Origin: Carboxydocellales bacterium
GTDB taxonomy: Bacteria; Bacillota; GCA-003054495; Carboxydocellales; JAJZTU01
Assembly: GCA_049302075.1 (NCBI GenBank)
Contig: JBAQLS010000003.1
Location: forward strand, 176,561 to 240,560
DNA: 64,000 nucleotides
Direction: 5' to 3'
Part shown: positions 32,762 to 42,776 of the stretch, one piece after another
Position numbering within the stretch: position 1 is the first letter of the stretch
Layout: the number at the start of each line of letters is the position of its first letter
Position numbers and translations under genes: made by a program
Notes under the pieces: model-generated
Seen by the model: only the letters and a program-made list of their open reading frames with translations
Database searches by the model: none
Told to the model about the DNA's origin: nothing

Positions 32762-33712
32762 ATGGTCAAATTATCCTCAAAACTTCCCCTACTCAAGCCC
32801 ATGTTAGCTGTAATGGGGGAGCCTTTTGATTCATCCGACTTTCTTTTCGAGATTAAATGGGATGGAATCCGTTGCTTGGCCTATTTAACTGAGGAAACAG
32901 TACTCTATAGTAGGAACAGCAATGATATAACCCAACGCTACCCGGAACTATCTAACCTCCATCATAAACTCCAGGGAGTGCCAATGATTCTAGATGGGGA
33001 GATTGTGGTCTTTGAAAGGGATAAACCTTCTTTTCACCGGTTGTTGACCCGAAACAGAATGACTAACAATTACCGGATTGGTCAGGCCGCAGCCCAATAC
33101 CCAGCTGTTTTGATGGTTTTTGACCTTTTATACTATCAAGGGAAAAGCCAATTACACCTACCCCTGCGGGAAAGAAAAAAATTATTAGCTGATGTAGTTG
33201 TCCCCACAGCGAATTTGAGACTGAGTGAATATGTGCAAAATGAGGGTGTGGAATTTTATCAAGCTATTTGCCGGCTAGAATTAGAGGGTATGGTAGCCAA
33301 GAAACTGGACAGTCAGTACCTACCCGGCAAACGTTCCCACAGCTGGCACAAGATTAAGCGTATCCAGGAAGAATACCTGATTATCTGCGGCTATACCAAA
33401 GGGAAGGGTCAGCGGCAAAGCCTAGGCTCACTTATTTTAGGTGGCTACCGGGGGGAATGTTTAATTTATGCCGGACAGGTAGGGTCTGGTTTTAGCCAGT
33501 CCGGTGTGGAGGAAATTAAACAACTCCTCCAGCCCCTAAGCAGAGCGGAAAGCCCCTTAGAACACTATCCCTCGTTGCCCCAAGCCCTTTGGGTGGAGCC
33601 GAAATTGGTGTGTACGGTAAAGTTCCTGGAACGGACAGAAAACGGCGAGATTCGGCATAGCAGCTTCACCGGGCTGAGGCCGGATAAAGAGCCGGGGGAG
33701 TGCCAATTATGA
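32762..33712 (+). CDS. ligD: ATP-dependent DNA ligase (LigD ligase domain only)
   Basis: Adenylation motif I KxDG (EIKWDGIR); 316 aa. Confidence 0.9.
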   Translation: MVKLSSKLPLLKPMLAVMGEPFDSSDFLFEIKWDGIRCLAYLTEETVLYSRNSNDITQRYPELSNLHHKLQGVPMILDGEIVVFERDKPSFHRLLTRNRMTNNYRIGQAAAQYPAVLMVFDLLYYQGKSQLHLPLRERKKLLADVVVPTANLRLSEYVQNEGVEFYQAICRLELEGMVAKKLDSQYLPGKRSHSWHKIKRIQEEYLIICGYTKGKGQRQSLGSLILGGYRGECLIYAGQVGSGFSQSGVEEIKQLLQPLSRAESPLEHYPSLPQALWVEPKLVCTVKFLERTENGEIRHSSFTGLRPDKEPGECQL

Positions 33713-33806
33713 TTGAACTGGGGTGCCAGGTGTAGGTCTGTTTTTGCTGTTCTGTCTGGGTGTGGTTTTAGTGGTCTATGTCTGGGTAGCAGTCCAAGCT
33801 TTGTAA

Positions 33807-34010
33807 CCGGTCGGACACCTGTCCAGGTTTGGAGCTCTTAGTTCCATACCGTGCAGATCTAAGCACAGGTGGTCTAATAAAACCGACCAACCTGGACAAT
33901 ACGGCGTCCATGCCTAGATGTCCAGGTTGGTCAATTCAGTTAGCGAGCTGGAACTTAGAACTGCACGGATAAAGCGCAGAACGCCCACACCGGACAGGTA
34001 CTCTGACCGG
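33807..34010 (+). repeat. Long-hairpin repeat, copy C (same family as 43289-43593 and 46321-46848)
   Basis: Termini are ccggtcggacacctgtcc and ggacaggtactctgaccgg. There is a perfect 14-bp inner stem, gaccaacctggaca/tgtccaggttggtc. It shares gctcttagttccata, ctaataaaa and the loop core CGTCCATG with copy A. Confidence 0.85.
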
Positions 34011-34041
34011 AGATTAATTCTTAGAAAGGAGCAAACAAATA

Positions 34042-34944
34042 ATGGATAAAATTGTGCAAATCGACAACCGGGAGCTTAAGTTAACTAATTTGGACAAACA
34101 GTACTGGCCGGAAGGGTACACAAAAGGAGACCTCCTGGCCTATTATGCTCAGGTGGCCCCCATACTACTGCCCTATATAAAAGACCGTCCCCTAACCATG
34201 AAACGCTATCCAAATGGCATAGAGGGTCACTTTTTCTACCAGAAGGAATGCCCTGAATATGCTCCGGAGTGGATTCGCACCACACCTATACCCTCCGACG
34301 ATCAGGAAAAGGTTACTAACTATATCCTAATTGAAGATCAGGCTTCACTGATGTGGGTTATTAACCAAGGCTGTATTGAGGTACACTGCCCGCTCTCCAC
34401 TGTGGACAGCCTCCAGTCTCCTAACTTGGCTATCTTTGACCTGGACCCTGCTGAGCCGGCCAACTATGATGATGCTATTGACCTAGCCTTGCTGATTAAA
34501 GCTGCAATGCAGGAGTTTGGCTTACAGTTATTTCCGAAAATTTCCGGAGCAACCGGGCTGCATATCCTGCTGCCCCTTAACCCAATTTATACCTATGCTG
34601 AAGTCAGGACAGCCCTACTGTTCATCTGCGAACTAATTGTCAGCCACCATCCTCAGAAAGCAACCTTGGAGCATCGGGTTAAAGACCGGACAGGTAAGGT
34701 TTATCTGGATTATCTGCAAAATGCCTGGGGTAAAAACATGGCCTGGGTGTACAGCCTACGGCCGGAGCCTGGCGCCCCTGTCTCCTGCCCCTTGAGTTGG
34801 GAGGAAATAGAGCAGGGCCGGTTAAAACCCGGGGATATCAATATTACCAACCTAACTGAACGCTTGCAGCAAGTGGGGGAGCTTTATGCCGGTATGCTTA
34901 ACCTTAAACAGGAGCTTAAACCGATTTTGGATTTGGTTAACTGA
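34042..34944 (+). CDS. LigD polymerase/primase domain protein (AEP family)
   Basis: DxD motif (IFDLDP) and SGxxGLH motif (ISGATGLHILLP). Confidence 0.9.
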   Translation: MDKIVQIDNRELKLTNLDKQYWPEGYTKGDLLAYYAQVAPILLPYIKDRPLTMKRYPNGIEGHFFYQKECPEYAPEWIRTTPIPSDDQEKVTNYILIEDQASLMWVINQGCIEVHCPLSTVDSLQSPNLAIFDLDPAEPANYDDAIDLALLIKAAMQEFGLQLFPKISGATGLHILLPLNPIYTYAEVRTALLFICELIVSHHPQKATLEHRVKDRTGKVYLDYLQNAWGKNMAWVYSLRPEPGAPVSCPLSWEEIEQGRLKPGDINITNLTERLQQVGELYAGMLNLKQELKPILDLVN

Positions 34945-34967
34945 GGTAGTAAAATTAAATCATTAAA

Positions 34968-36077
34968 TTAAATCCGTCCAATTTTAGCTTGTTTTTTGGC
35001 AGAGGTGCTTTTATAAATCCACGGCCGAAGCAGATAACTTGCGACTTTCAGGGGGTTAATCAACTTGGTGTTAAACAACAGCTGACCCCAATAGCCGTTA
35101 AGTTTTTTAACTATAATATCCAGTTTGTGGTTGTCTAATCCTTCGAAGGTTCGCCGGAAAACTAAGGAATTCTGGTAGCTCTTGCGTAAGGGCTTGGTTA
35201 ATTGCTCGTAATTACCCAGTCCACATAAATCATGGGCAGCATAAATCCCGGTCAAAAGGGAGGGAAATTGCCCAAAACCCAGAAAAGGCATCATGGTACC
35301 AAAACAATTCCCCACAAAAAAAGTGTTGCCAATCCGAGGATATTTACAAATACCCATAATATATCTAGTGACCTCAAAGCGGTCTGTTACCTCTAACGTT
35401 TGGTTTAAATCTTGACAAACCCGGTGATAATACCTATCCCAGAGTACATTAATATCTTGCTCTATATTTTGCTGGTAATCAGGATAACCGATAACAATGG
35501 TAGCTTCCTTTTCCGAAAAGGGAATCAGGTAGCCATATCCTTGGGGTGCCAAGCGGTTATCCAGCCAGGATATCACAGTATAACGGTCAAAGTTCCCTTG
35601 GACGGTAACCCCTTTGAGGGTAACGGTCAAATCCTGATGGAAGTCTTGAAGCTTAGCAGCATAGGCTGCATCACCGGTGGCCAGCACAACATGGGTAAAG
35701 TCCCCTAGCAGTTCTTCATAAGTAGCCAGGGAATTGAAAATAATTTCACTTTTTACCTGACGGGCTAACTGGTTTTCGAAAGAATCCTGCTCTCTACCCC
35801 TGATGTTCACAAATCCTAAATGCCCACTGATCCTGACCTGCTCATGTTCAGAGTGTAGAATCAAGGTTTTGATATTGCTGACCGGTTGCAGGAAAATACC
35901 GTGTTTTTCCGTTAAGTAAGCTATATTGTCCTGCACTGGCCGCTCTAAAACGGTCATTAAAATTTCTCCATTAACAAATCTGTCCCCTACCTGACTGCGT
36001 TTTTCAAAGATTACTGGAGTTATCCCCTGTTTTTCTAAGGTTATGGCACATGCTAGACCTGATAAACCTGCCCCCAT
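34968..36077 (-). CDS. FAD-dependent oxidoreductase (geranylgeranyl reductase-like)
   Basis: GAGLSGLACA dinucleotide-binding motif at the extreme N-terminus. The real start is probably a few codons upstream at a non-ATG codon (..VVKIAIMGAG). Confidence 0.7.
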   Translation of the reverse strand: MGAGLSGLACAITLEKQGITPVIFEKRSQVGDRFVNGEILMTVLERPVQDNIAYLTEKHGIFLQPVSNIKTLILHSEHEQVRISGHLGFVNIRGREQDSFENQLARQVKSEIIFNSLATYEELLGDFTHVVLATGDAAYAAKLQDFHQDLTVTLKGVTVQGNFDRYTVISWLDNRLAPQGYGYLIPFSEKEATIVIGYPDYQQNIEQDINVLWDRYYHRVCQDLNQTLEVTDRFEVTRYIMGICKYPRIGNTFFVGNCFGTMMPFLGFGQFPSLLTGIYAAHDLCGLGNYEQLTKPLRKSYQNSLVFRRTFEGLDNHKLDIIVKKLNGYWGQLLFNTKLINPLKVASYLLRPWIYKSTSAKKQAKIGRI

Positions 36078-36195
36078 AATCGCTATTTTAACGACAATAA
36101 CCTCCCTTAGTTCCTCTTTTATAACTATACTTTACTAACAAATAGCATGCACTAACTGTTAAAATCTATTCTCGCTCCACCCGATTAAACAAACT

Positions 36196-36232
36196 TTAAA
36201 AACAACAAGAAGCTGCCTCCTGAGAGACAGCT
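36196..36232 (-). terminator. Probable terminator after the SLH protein gene
   Basis: Hairpin gctgcctc-ctga-gagacagc, followed on the minus strand by ttcttgttgttttt. Confidence 0.5.
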
Positions 36233-36244
36233 CCAGTATGTAAG

Positions 36245-38293
36245 CTAGAGAAGTTTGGCTTTTTCCACCAGCCGCAGAATCATTACCGCTGCTTCCGCCC
36301 TGGTGGAATTATTGGCCGGGTAGAATTTGCCATCGGGCATACCAGTAATAATACCCTGGGAGATAATCTTACCTAATGGATTTTTGGCCCAGTTACTAAT
36401 TTGGTCATTGTCCTCAAAGGTTAAATCAGCCAGTTCTAACTGGATGTTAAGCTTACTTGCCAGTCTGGCAATCATCGCTCCTGCTTCTTCCCTGCTAATT
36501 AGTTTGTTGGGGCCAAAAGTACCATCCCCATAGCCGAGGATTATACCCTGGGGAGCTAACCGGCTGACAGCATCATAATACCAATCTCCCCGGGCAATAT
36601 CTGAGAAATAAGCCGGCTGATTTACTATGTCTTTCGTCCCAGCCAAGTCATACACTTTGGCTAGGATTGTAGCAAATTCCGCTCTGGTAATTTGGTTATC
36701 CGGTCTAAAGGTCCCATCTGCATAGCCTTGAAGCAGCTTGAGTGCTCCCAGTTTCTCAACTTCCTTTTCCGCCCAATGGTCTTTCATATCAATGAACATT
36801 GATTTAGGTGGTACCACCGTTATACTATCAGAACTTCCAGAACCTCTATACTCAGGTGTTACCACTAACCGGCTGTAAATATATTCAGCTATTGCCGCTA
36901 TACCTTTGTTATAGGTATCATAATTGTGGTCATCTGAATTGATGAAGAGACCTCTGATATTGTTTTGGGCTAAAAACTGTCCAACCTGGTCTTTGTTATA
37001 GACCTCTGAAGTTACCTTTTTATTACGTCCCCAACCAATATAGTCCACACCGTTATTACGCATATATGCAAGAATGGGGCTTAAACTTTCTTGGTTAGCG
37101 AATTCCGGTACACCATCATCATCCACATAGACGATGAACCTCTTGGTATTTTCCGTCCAGGTTTGCTGCTCAATAACTTCTTGGAAAGACAAGGTCCGGG
37201 TGGTTTGCATAGTTAGATTTTTAAAGGTGAAATAACTTAAATCGCTACAATAGTGATTTGCATAACTAACCAGTGGTCCAAAGCCTCCGGCTCCCGTATC
37301 CTCGATAGTGATATTTGAATCGGCCCCAGTGGTGTCATAAATCACCTGACCATCTTCATAGAATTTCAAGGAGTTTTTGGAAAGCTGAACCTTAATATTC
37401 TTCACTTCGTTAGTTGTTGTTTCAGTTGACTCTGTTGTTTCTGTTGTATCACCGCTTAGGGAATCTTTTGTGGCAACCCAAGTAATCCCCGGTATTTCCA
37501 AATCGGAAATACCATAACTCTCCTCATCATGAAAAGTGTCAGCATCCACGTTGTTTAACCTGTATAAAGTTATTTTGTTTTTTCCTGAGTACGGATATTC
37601 GTAAAGTATTAGATAACCGTTTATTTTATTTTCTATTATACTGGTATTGAAGAGGAAACCTGCCCCTTCTAAGGTGTGTTTATCAATCTTACTATCATCG
37701 ATGGAAAATTGAATGGTTTTATCCCCGGTGTTTTGGTCCGGGTAAAGCATAAAATCCTTGTATGCAGGTACACTATACCCTAAAAAGACAATATCGTTGT
37801 CTTTTGGATAAATGTGTTTAGACCTATTATTACAGTAATTTAAGGAATCATCTGCAGAACTAACATCGGTAAAATATTTGCTTTCATCCTGGGGATCATC
37901 CTCCTGATAATAAAAATAGGGCTGATTGTAAACTGAATGATAAACTGTCTGATCAACTGACCATTTCTCCGGCTGATCGCAATTAGTAGGATAGTCTGGA
38001 TGATAGTAATGATCATAAATGTTCCAGTTAAAACTATTCTTGGAGTCTACAACTGTACTTCCCGCTCTGGTGATTTTGATTCTATCCTTGGGAATGCCGT
38101 AGACCTCATATACTGCGGTTTGCACATCATAAGCGAAACTAGATACATCCAGATCACTTGAACCGACAGCAATAGTCACTTCGATATTTTGATTGCTAAG
38201 GGTGGCTGCGAAAACAGTTTGGAGCGGACCGGCAAAGGCTAGAAGAAATACCAATAAAAGTGGCATCCCTCTTTTGATTAAATTGTTCTTCAA
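36245..38293 (-). CDS. Secreted cell-wall-anchored protein with three C-terminal SLH domains; N-terminal about 480 aa of unknown function
   Basis: Signal peptide and a Thr/Glu-rich linker. There are three SLH repeats (F.D....W........G...G..DG.F.P....TR.E.A). Probable TTG start at 38293 behind GAGGAGGA. Confidence 0.8.
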   Translation of the reverse strand: MKNNLIKRGMPLLLVFLLAFAGPLQTVFAATLSNQNIEVTIAVGSSDLDVSSFAYDVQTAVYEVYGIPKDRIKITRAGSTVVDSKNSFNWNIYDHYYHPDYPTNCDQPEKWSVDQTVYHSVYNQPYFYYQEDDPQDESKYFTDVSSADDSLNYCNNRSKHIYPKDNDIVFLGYSVPAYKDFMLYPDQNTGDKTIQFSIDDSKIDKHTLEGAGFLFNTSIIENKINGYLILYEYPYSGKNKITLYRLNNVDADTFHDEESYGISDLEIPGITWVATKDSLSGDTTETTESTETTTNEVKNIKVQLSKNSLKFYEDGQVIYDTTGADSNITIEDTGAGGFGPLVSYANHYCSDLSYFTFKNLTMQTTRTLSFQEVIEQQTWTENTKRFIVYVDDDGVPEFANQESLSPILAYMRNNGVDYIGWGRNKKVTSEVYNKDQVGQFLAQNNIRGLFINSDDHNYDTYNKGIAAIAEYIYSRLVVTPEYRGSGSSDSITVVPPKSMFIDMKDHWAEKEVEKLGALKLLQGYADGTFRPDNQITRAEFATILAKVYDLAGTKDIVNQPAYFSDIARGDWYYDAVSRLAPQGIILGYGDGTFGPNKLISREEAGAMIARLASKLNIQLELADLTFEDNDQISNWAKNPLGKIISQGIITGMPDGKFYPANNSTRAEAAVMILRLVEKAKLL

Positions 38294-38739
38294 AAGACTT
38301 CCTCCTCAACATTAAACTTCACATCTGTCAAAAATCAAACTAATAATGCCGCTTCGCTAGCCCAATCTTTAAAGGACATTCGGGGTCCCCACCCCTTAAC
38401 ATCCCTTTAACACCCCCCTCCGAATGAATTTCTTGAATGTGGTTAACGTGTGGGCGTTCATACAGTGAAGTCCACCAGATAAAGAAAGCTTGGCTTGCAC
38501 CAAGCGCAGCGCAGGTGAAAGCCTTAGCTGCACTTATCCCCAGGATAATCCCGCTTATAAGTTCCTAAGGGAAAAGTAAAAGGAGGGAACCCCACCCTCC
38601 CCACTAGTATAAATAAAAAGCAATTTTAAACAGGTCGATTCATGTAAGCCTAGCCTAAGTTTTTAGTGACATTATAAGTATTTGTTTTCAATGTCCTCGG
38701 TTCTAACGACACCATTTCCTTATCCTCGAAACGATAAAT

Positions 38740-38777
38740 TAAATAAAAAAAGAGTGGTCTCTAACTACCACTCTTTC
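38740..38777 (-). terminator. Second rho-independent terminator downstream of the rib operon
   Basis: Hairpin aagagtggt-ctctaact-accactctt, followed by tttttttatttaa on the minus strand. Confidence 0.6.
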
Positions 38778-38860
38778 GACGCATCTCTAGCCCATCACAT
38801 AGGGGTTTTAGAAATAATAGGTTAATCTAACATAATTCTTACTTGTGACTATACACTGGC

Positions 38861-38920
38861 AAAAAATAAGAAAAAGGAGTGCCTCTTTTGAACTACTTTG
38901 TTCAAAAGAGGCACTCCTTT
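38861..38920 (-). terminator. rib operon terminator
   Basis: About a 20-bp perfect stem (aaggagtgcctcttttgaac/gttcaaaagaggcactcctt) right after the ribH stop, followed by a T-rich run on the minus strand. Confidence 0.8.
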
Positions 38921-38934
38921 GGCTAATCTATACT

Positions 38935-39399
38935 CTATTCCCAGGATTTCAACAAGTTGATCATTTCTATTGCGGTAGCCGCAGCCTCCCAGCCCTTATT
39001 TCCAGCTTTACTGCCGGCTCGTTCTATAGCCTGTTCAATACTATCCGTAGTAAGTACCCCAAAAATCGTGGGTATACCAGTGTCTAAACTAACCTTAGCT
39101 ACACCCTTGGAAACCTCAGAGCAAACATAATCAAAGTGGGGAGTTGACCCCCGGATTACCGCCCCCAGGCAAATCACCGCATCATACTTGCCGCTTTTAG
39201 CCATCTTTTGGGCTACGATGGGAATTTCAAAAGCTCCTGGAACCCAGGCAACCTCTACATCCTTATCTGCTACATCATGACGCTTCAGAGAGTCTAAAGC
39301 TCCCCCCAAAAGCTTACCAGTGATAAACTCATTAAACCGGCCCACCACAATGCCCACCCGCTGGCCTTTACCTATTAATTTGCCTTCATATAGCTTCAC
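38935..39399 (-). CDS. ribH: 6,7-dimethyl-8-ribityllumazine synthase
   Basis: 154 aa with canonical RibH sequence ([21 protein letters not shown]). Confidence 0.95.
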   Translation of the reverse strand: MKLYEGKLIGKGQRVGIVVGRFNEFITGKLLGGALDSLKRHDVADKDVEVAWVPGAFEIPIVAQKMAKSGKYDAVICLGAVIRGSTPHFDYVCSEVSKGVAKVSLDTGIPTIFGVLTTDSIEQAIERAGSKAGNKGWEAAATAIEMINLLKSWE

Positions 39400-39444
39400 G
39401 TTACTGCCTCCTTCTGCCTATTGTTTTGTTATTTACTTTCTTAT

Positions 39445-40650
39445 TTACTTCAGGGACAGTATGTGTCCCAGTTTTTTCTTCTTAGTACTTAAGTAAAACT
39501 CGTTACTCTCACAAGGTTGGATTTCCAAAGGAACCCGTTCCACAATCTCCAGACTATAACCCTCTAACCCCCGAACCTTTTTAGGGTTATTGGTTAACAA
39601 CCGGATTTTCTTCAAGCCTAAGTCCGCCAGAATCTGGGCTCCAATTCCGTAATCCCTCAGGTCAGCGGCAAACCCCAGAGCTTCATTAGCCTCCACTGTA
39701 TCTGCCCCTTCTTCCTGCAGCTTATACGCTTTGATTTTATTTTTTAGGCCGATACCCCGACCTTCCTGACGCATGTACAAAAGTACCCCGGTGCCTTCTT
39801 TTTCAATCTGGCGCATGGCAGCAGCTAACTGGTCTCCACAGTCACACCGCCCTGACCGGAAAACATCTCCAGTCAAGCACTCGGAATGTACCCTTACTAA
39901 CACACTTTCCTTAGTCTTCAGGTCACCCTTGTGCACTGCTAAATGAGTCTGACCGTCCAAAACACTTTCATAAGCAGTAGCCTGAAACTCCCCGTACTCA
40001 GTAGGTAACTTGATAGTCTCCACCCGCTGAACCAACTTTTCATTTCTACGGCGGTATTGAATCAGGTCAGCGATGGTGACAATTTTTAAATTGTGTTTCT
40101 TGGCAAATTCCAATAATTCGGGAACCCTAGCCATTGTTCCGTCTTCTTTCATAATCTCGCAGATTACCCCAGCTGGTGCCAGACCTGCTAACCGGGCAAA
40201 GTCCACTGCAGCTTCGGTATGTCCAGCCCTACGGAGCACCCCGCCCTCTTTTGCTCGCAGCGGAAAAACGTGTCCCGGACGGCGTAAATCCCCAGACTTG
40301 GTAGCCGGGTTAAGAACTGCCTGAATAGTATCTGCTCGTTCATGGGCAGAAATCCCGGTAGTGGTTGACTTATAGTCAATAGAAATGGTAAAAGCAGTCC
40401 CATGGGGGTCAGTGTTGTCCACAACCATCGGAGGCAGGTCTAAGCTGACCGCCCTTGCCCCCTCAATGGGCAGACAAATCAAGCCCCGGCCATGAACGGC
40501 CATAAAATTAACAGCCTCCGGAGTGGCTTTTTCCGCCGCCATAATTAAATCGCCTTCATTCTCCCTGTCCTCATCATCTACCACAACTAGCATCTTGCCA
40601 TCCCGAATATCAGCGATAGCTTCTAAAATAGTGTTGAATTTCATTGTCAA
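39445..40650 (-). CDS. ribBA: Bifunctional 3,4-dihydroxy-2-butanone-4-phosphate synthase / GTP cyclohydrolase II
   Basis: 401 aa with DRENEGDL and [12 protein letters not shown] motifs. Confidence 0.95.
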   Translation of the reverse strand: MTMKFNTILEAIADIRDGKMLVVVDDEDRENEGDLIMAAEKATPEAVNFMAVHGRGLICLPIEGARAVSLDLPPMVVDNTDPHGTAFTISIDYKSTTTGISAHERADTIQAVLNPATKSGDLRRPGHVFPLRAKEGGVLRRAGHTEAAVDFARLAGLAPAGVICEIMKEDGTMARVPELLEFAKKHNLKIVTIADLIQYRRRNEKLVQRVETIKLPTEYGEFQATAYESVLDGQTHLAVHKGDLKTKESVLVRVHSECLTGDVFRSGRCDCGDQLAAAMRQIEKEGTGVLLYMRQEGRGIGLKNKIKAYKLQEEGADTVEANEALGFAADLRDYGIGAQILADLGLKKIRLLTNNPKKVRGLEGYSLEIVERVPLEIQPCESNEFYLSTKKKKLGHILSLK

Positions 40651-40669
40651 GCACCCCTCTTCAGATATT

Positions 40670-41344
40670 TTATAAAAATCCGTACCTAGTCAGTAAATCC
40701 AGGTTTACGCCGGTAGGCCCGGTGCCACCTTCCGAGCTTTGCTGATCTTCCCCTGGGGCAAAGCGCAACAAACGCTCCACATATTTACCCAAAACATCTC
40801 CCTCCAAATTAACCCGGTCTCCAGTTTTCTTAAAACCCAAAGTAGTAAGTTTGGCAGTATGGGGTATCAGGGAGACGGTAAAACCACTGGAGGTTAGTTC
40901 CACTACCGTTAAGCTAATGCCGTCAATTGCTATCGAGCCTTTGTTGATTACATATTTCAATACCTGAGGTGGAGCTGCAATCTCAGTTAACACTGCAATA
41001 TCCACCACTTTTTGGCTGGTGATGGTCCCCACTCCGTCAATATGTCCACTGACTATATGACCGCCTAGCCGGTCGCTAAGCCGAAGGGCCCGCTCCAGGT
41101 TAACCCGTTCTCCTGATCGAAGGCTGCCTAAATTAGTTTTATTTAAGGTTTCGGCCATTACGTCTGCAGTAAACCAATCCTGCTGAAAACTGGTCACCGT
41201 TAGGCAAACCCCGTTTACCGCAATGCTGTCCCCTATTTTAACATCCTGCAAAACCTGCTTGGCTTTAATTTCCAGAAAGGCGGATTTACTTCCAGATTTA
41301 ATTCCCTTCAGCTGCCCAAGCTCTTCTACAATTCCGGTAAACAT
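40670..41344 (-). CDS. ribE: Riboflavin synthase alpha subunit
   Basis: MFTGIVEE N-terminus and a duplicated lumazine-binding repeat. Confidence 0.95.
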   Translation of the reverse strand: MFTGIVEELGQLKGIKSGSKSAFLEIKAKQVLQDVKIGDSIAVNGVCLTVTSFQQDWFTADVMAETLNKTNLGSLRSGERVNLERALRLSDRLGGHIVSGHIDGVGTITSQKVVDIAVLTEIAAPPQVLKYVINKGSIAIDGISLTVVELTSSGFTVSLIPHTAKLTTLGFKKTGDRVNLEGDVLGKYVERLLRFAPGEDQQSSEGGTGPTGVNLDLLTRYGFL

Positions 41345-42459
41345 AGCCTCGCTCCTTTGGGAATATAGCCCTCAATTAAAATATCCTGTCCAAGCTGGCG
41401 AACGCGAACATTTTCCAGGCTTAAGGCTTCTTCCATAGTTTCAATCCCGATTCCTCCAACCGGACCAGGAGCCTGTTGGCCACCAATCAGCTTGGGGGCG
41501 ATAAACATGGCCACCTTGTCAACTACACCTGCCGTTAAGGCAGCAGCATTGATTTGAGCCCCACCTTCAACCATTACACTGGCTATTTCTCGCTGGCCCA
41601 GTAATTCCATCAAGTGGGTTAAATCCACCATCCCTTTACTGTCCTCTCGAGTAACCAATATTTCCGCTCCGGCTGCTTGGAGTTGAGCCAGCTTCTCCTC
41701 CAAGGCCCTAGGGGTAACTGCTACAATAGTAGGAGCATCAGATTTCTGGGTCAGCACCTTGGCGTCTAAGGGTAACCTACCTTCACTATCCACCACTATC
41801 CGTACCGGATCTTTACCTGCTTTATCCTCCAGACGAGTGGTTAAAGCCGGATCATCTGCTAATACGGTACCAATGCCCACTAAAATAGAATCATATTCAT
41901 CCCGTAATTCATGAACATAGGCTCTGGCTTTTTGACCGGTAACCCAACGGGAATGCCCCGAACGGGTAGAAATTTTACCATCCAAAGTCATAGCAGATTT
42001 CATCAACACAAAGGGCTGGCGGGAGGTAATATAACTTAAAAACACTTCATTAAGCTGTCTGGCCTCTGTTTCCAGAACTCCCAAAACAACTTCCAAGCCA
42101 GCCCGACGTAACTTTTCCAGACCCCTTCCTGCTACCAATGGGTTAGGGTCAGTCATTGCCGCAACAACCTTCGTAATACCCGCCTTGATAATCGCCTCAG
42201 TGCAAGGAGGAGTACGACCATGATGAGAACAGGGTTCCAGAGTTACGTAAATAGTTGCCCCTTTGGCATCCAATCCAGCTGCCTTTAAGGCATGAACCTC
42301 AGCATGGGGAGTACCCGCCTTTTGGTGATAACCCTCGCCAACTATTTTGCCCTCTTTTACAACAATTGCTCCTACCATAGGGTTGGGGTTAGTCCTACCC
42401 TTGCCCATTGCTGCTAATTCCAAGGCTAGGCGCATAAACCGCTTGTCTTCTGCTGTCAT
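41326..42459 (-). CDS. ribD: Bifunctional riboflavin biosynthesis deaminase/reductase
   Basis: Deaminase zinc motifs HAEV and PCSHHGRTPPC, plus a reductase domain. The ATG at 42459 is preferred over the TTG at 42474 on RBS spacing. Confidence 0.95.
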   Translation of the reverse strand: MTAEDKRFMRLALELAAMGKGRTNPNPMVGAIVVKEGKIVGEGYHQKAGTPHAEVHALKAAGLDAKGATIYVTLEPCSHHGRTPPCTEAIIKAGITKVVAAMTDPNPLVAGRGLEKLRRAGLEVVLGVLETEARQLNEVFLSYITSRQPFVLMKSAMTLDGKISTRSGHSRWVTGQKARAYVHELRDEYDSILVGIGTVLADDPALTTRLEDKAGKDPVRIVVDSEGRLPLDAKVLTQKSDAPTIVAVTPRALEEKLAQLQAAGAEILVTREDSKGMVDLTHLMELLGQREIASVMVEGGAQINAAALTAGVVDKVAMFIAPKLIGGQQAPGPVGGIGIETMEEALSLENVRVRQLGQDILIEGYIPKGARLCLPEL

Positions 42460-42535
42460 GTGATCACACTCCAATATCTCCTCACCAGACGGGTTTTTTA
42501 ACAGCCCGAGGTAACTAGTTTCCTAAGCACAAAGC

Positions 42536-42776
42536 AAAAACCCTGGAAGATAATTCCTCCAGGGCATAGGTCAGCAGAAAAACGCCAAACACAGCAAAAA
42601 CATTGCTGTACGTTGTTCCTTCTCCCATCCAGACTTTAACTGTCGGCTTCGGAATTGCTGAGCCTATTGCTAAGCTCTCGCTCACCGAATCTGCCCTTGC
42701 GGGCTTGCGGGCTCGGCTGTTGACCAATGGTCTGCAGCCTTACCGCCGGTACGGAATTACACCCGTCCCTGAAGGA
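42536..42776 (-). promoter_or_regulatory. FMN riboswitch (RFN element) with terminator, controlling ribDE(BA)H
   Basis: The minus strand reads tccttcagggacgggtgtaattccgtaccggcggtaa...gattcggtga...ccgaagccgacagttaaagtctggatgggagaagga, with P1 tccttc/gaagga (aptamer 42617-42776). The terminator hairpin ccctggag..ttccaggg plus T-run lies at 42536-42566. Confidence 0.9.
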
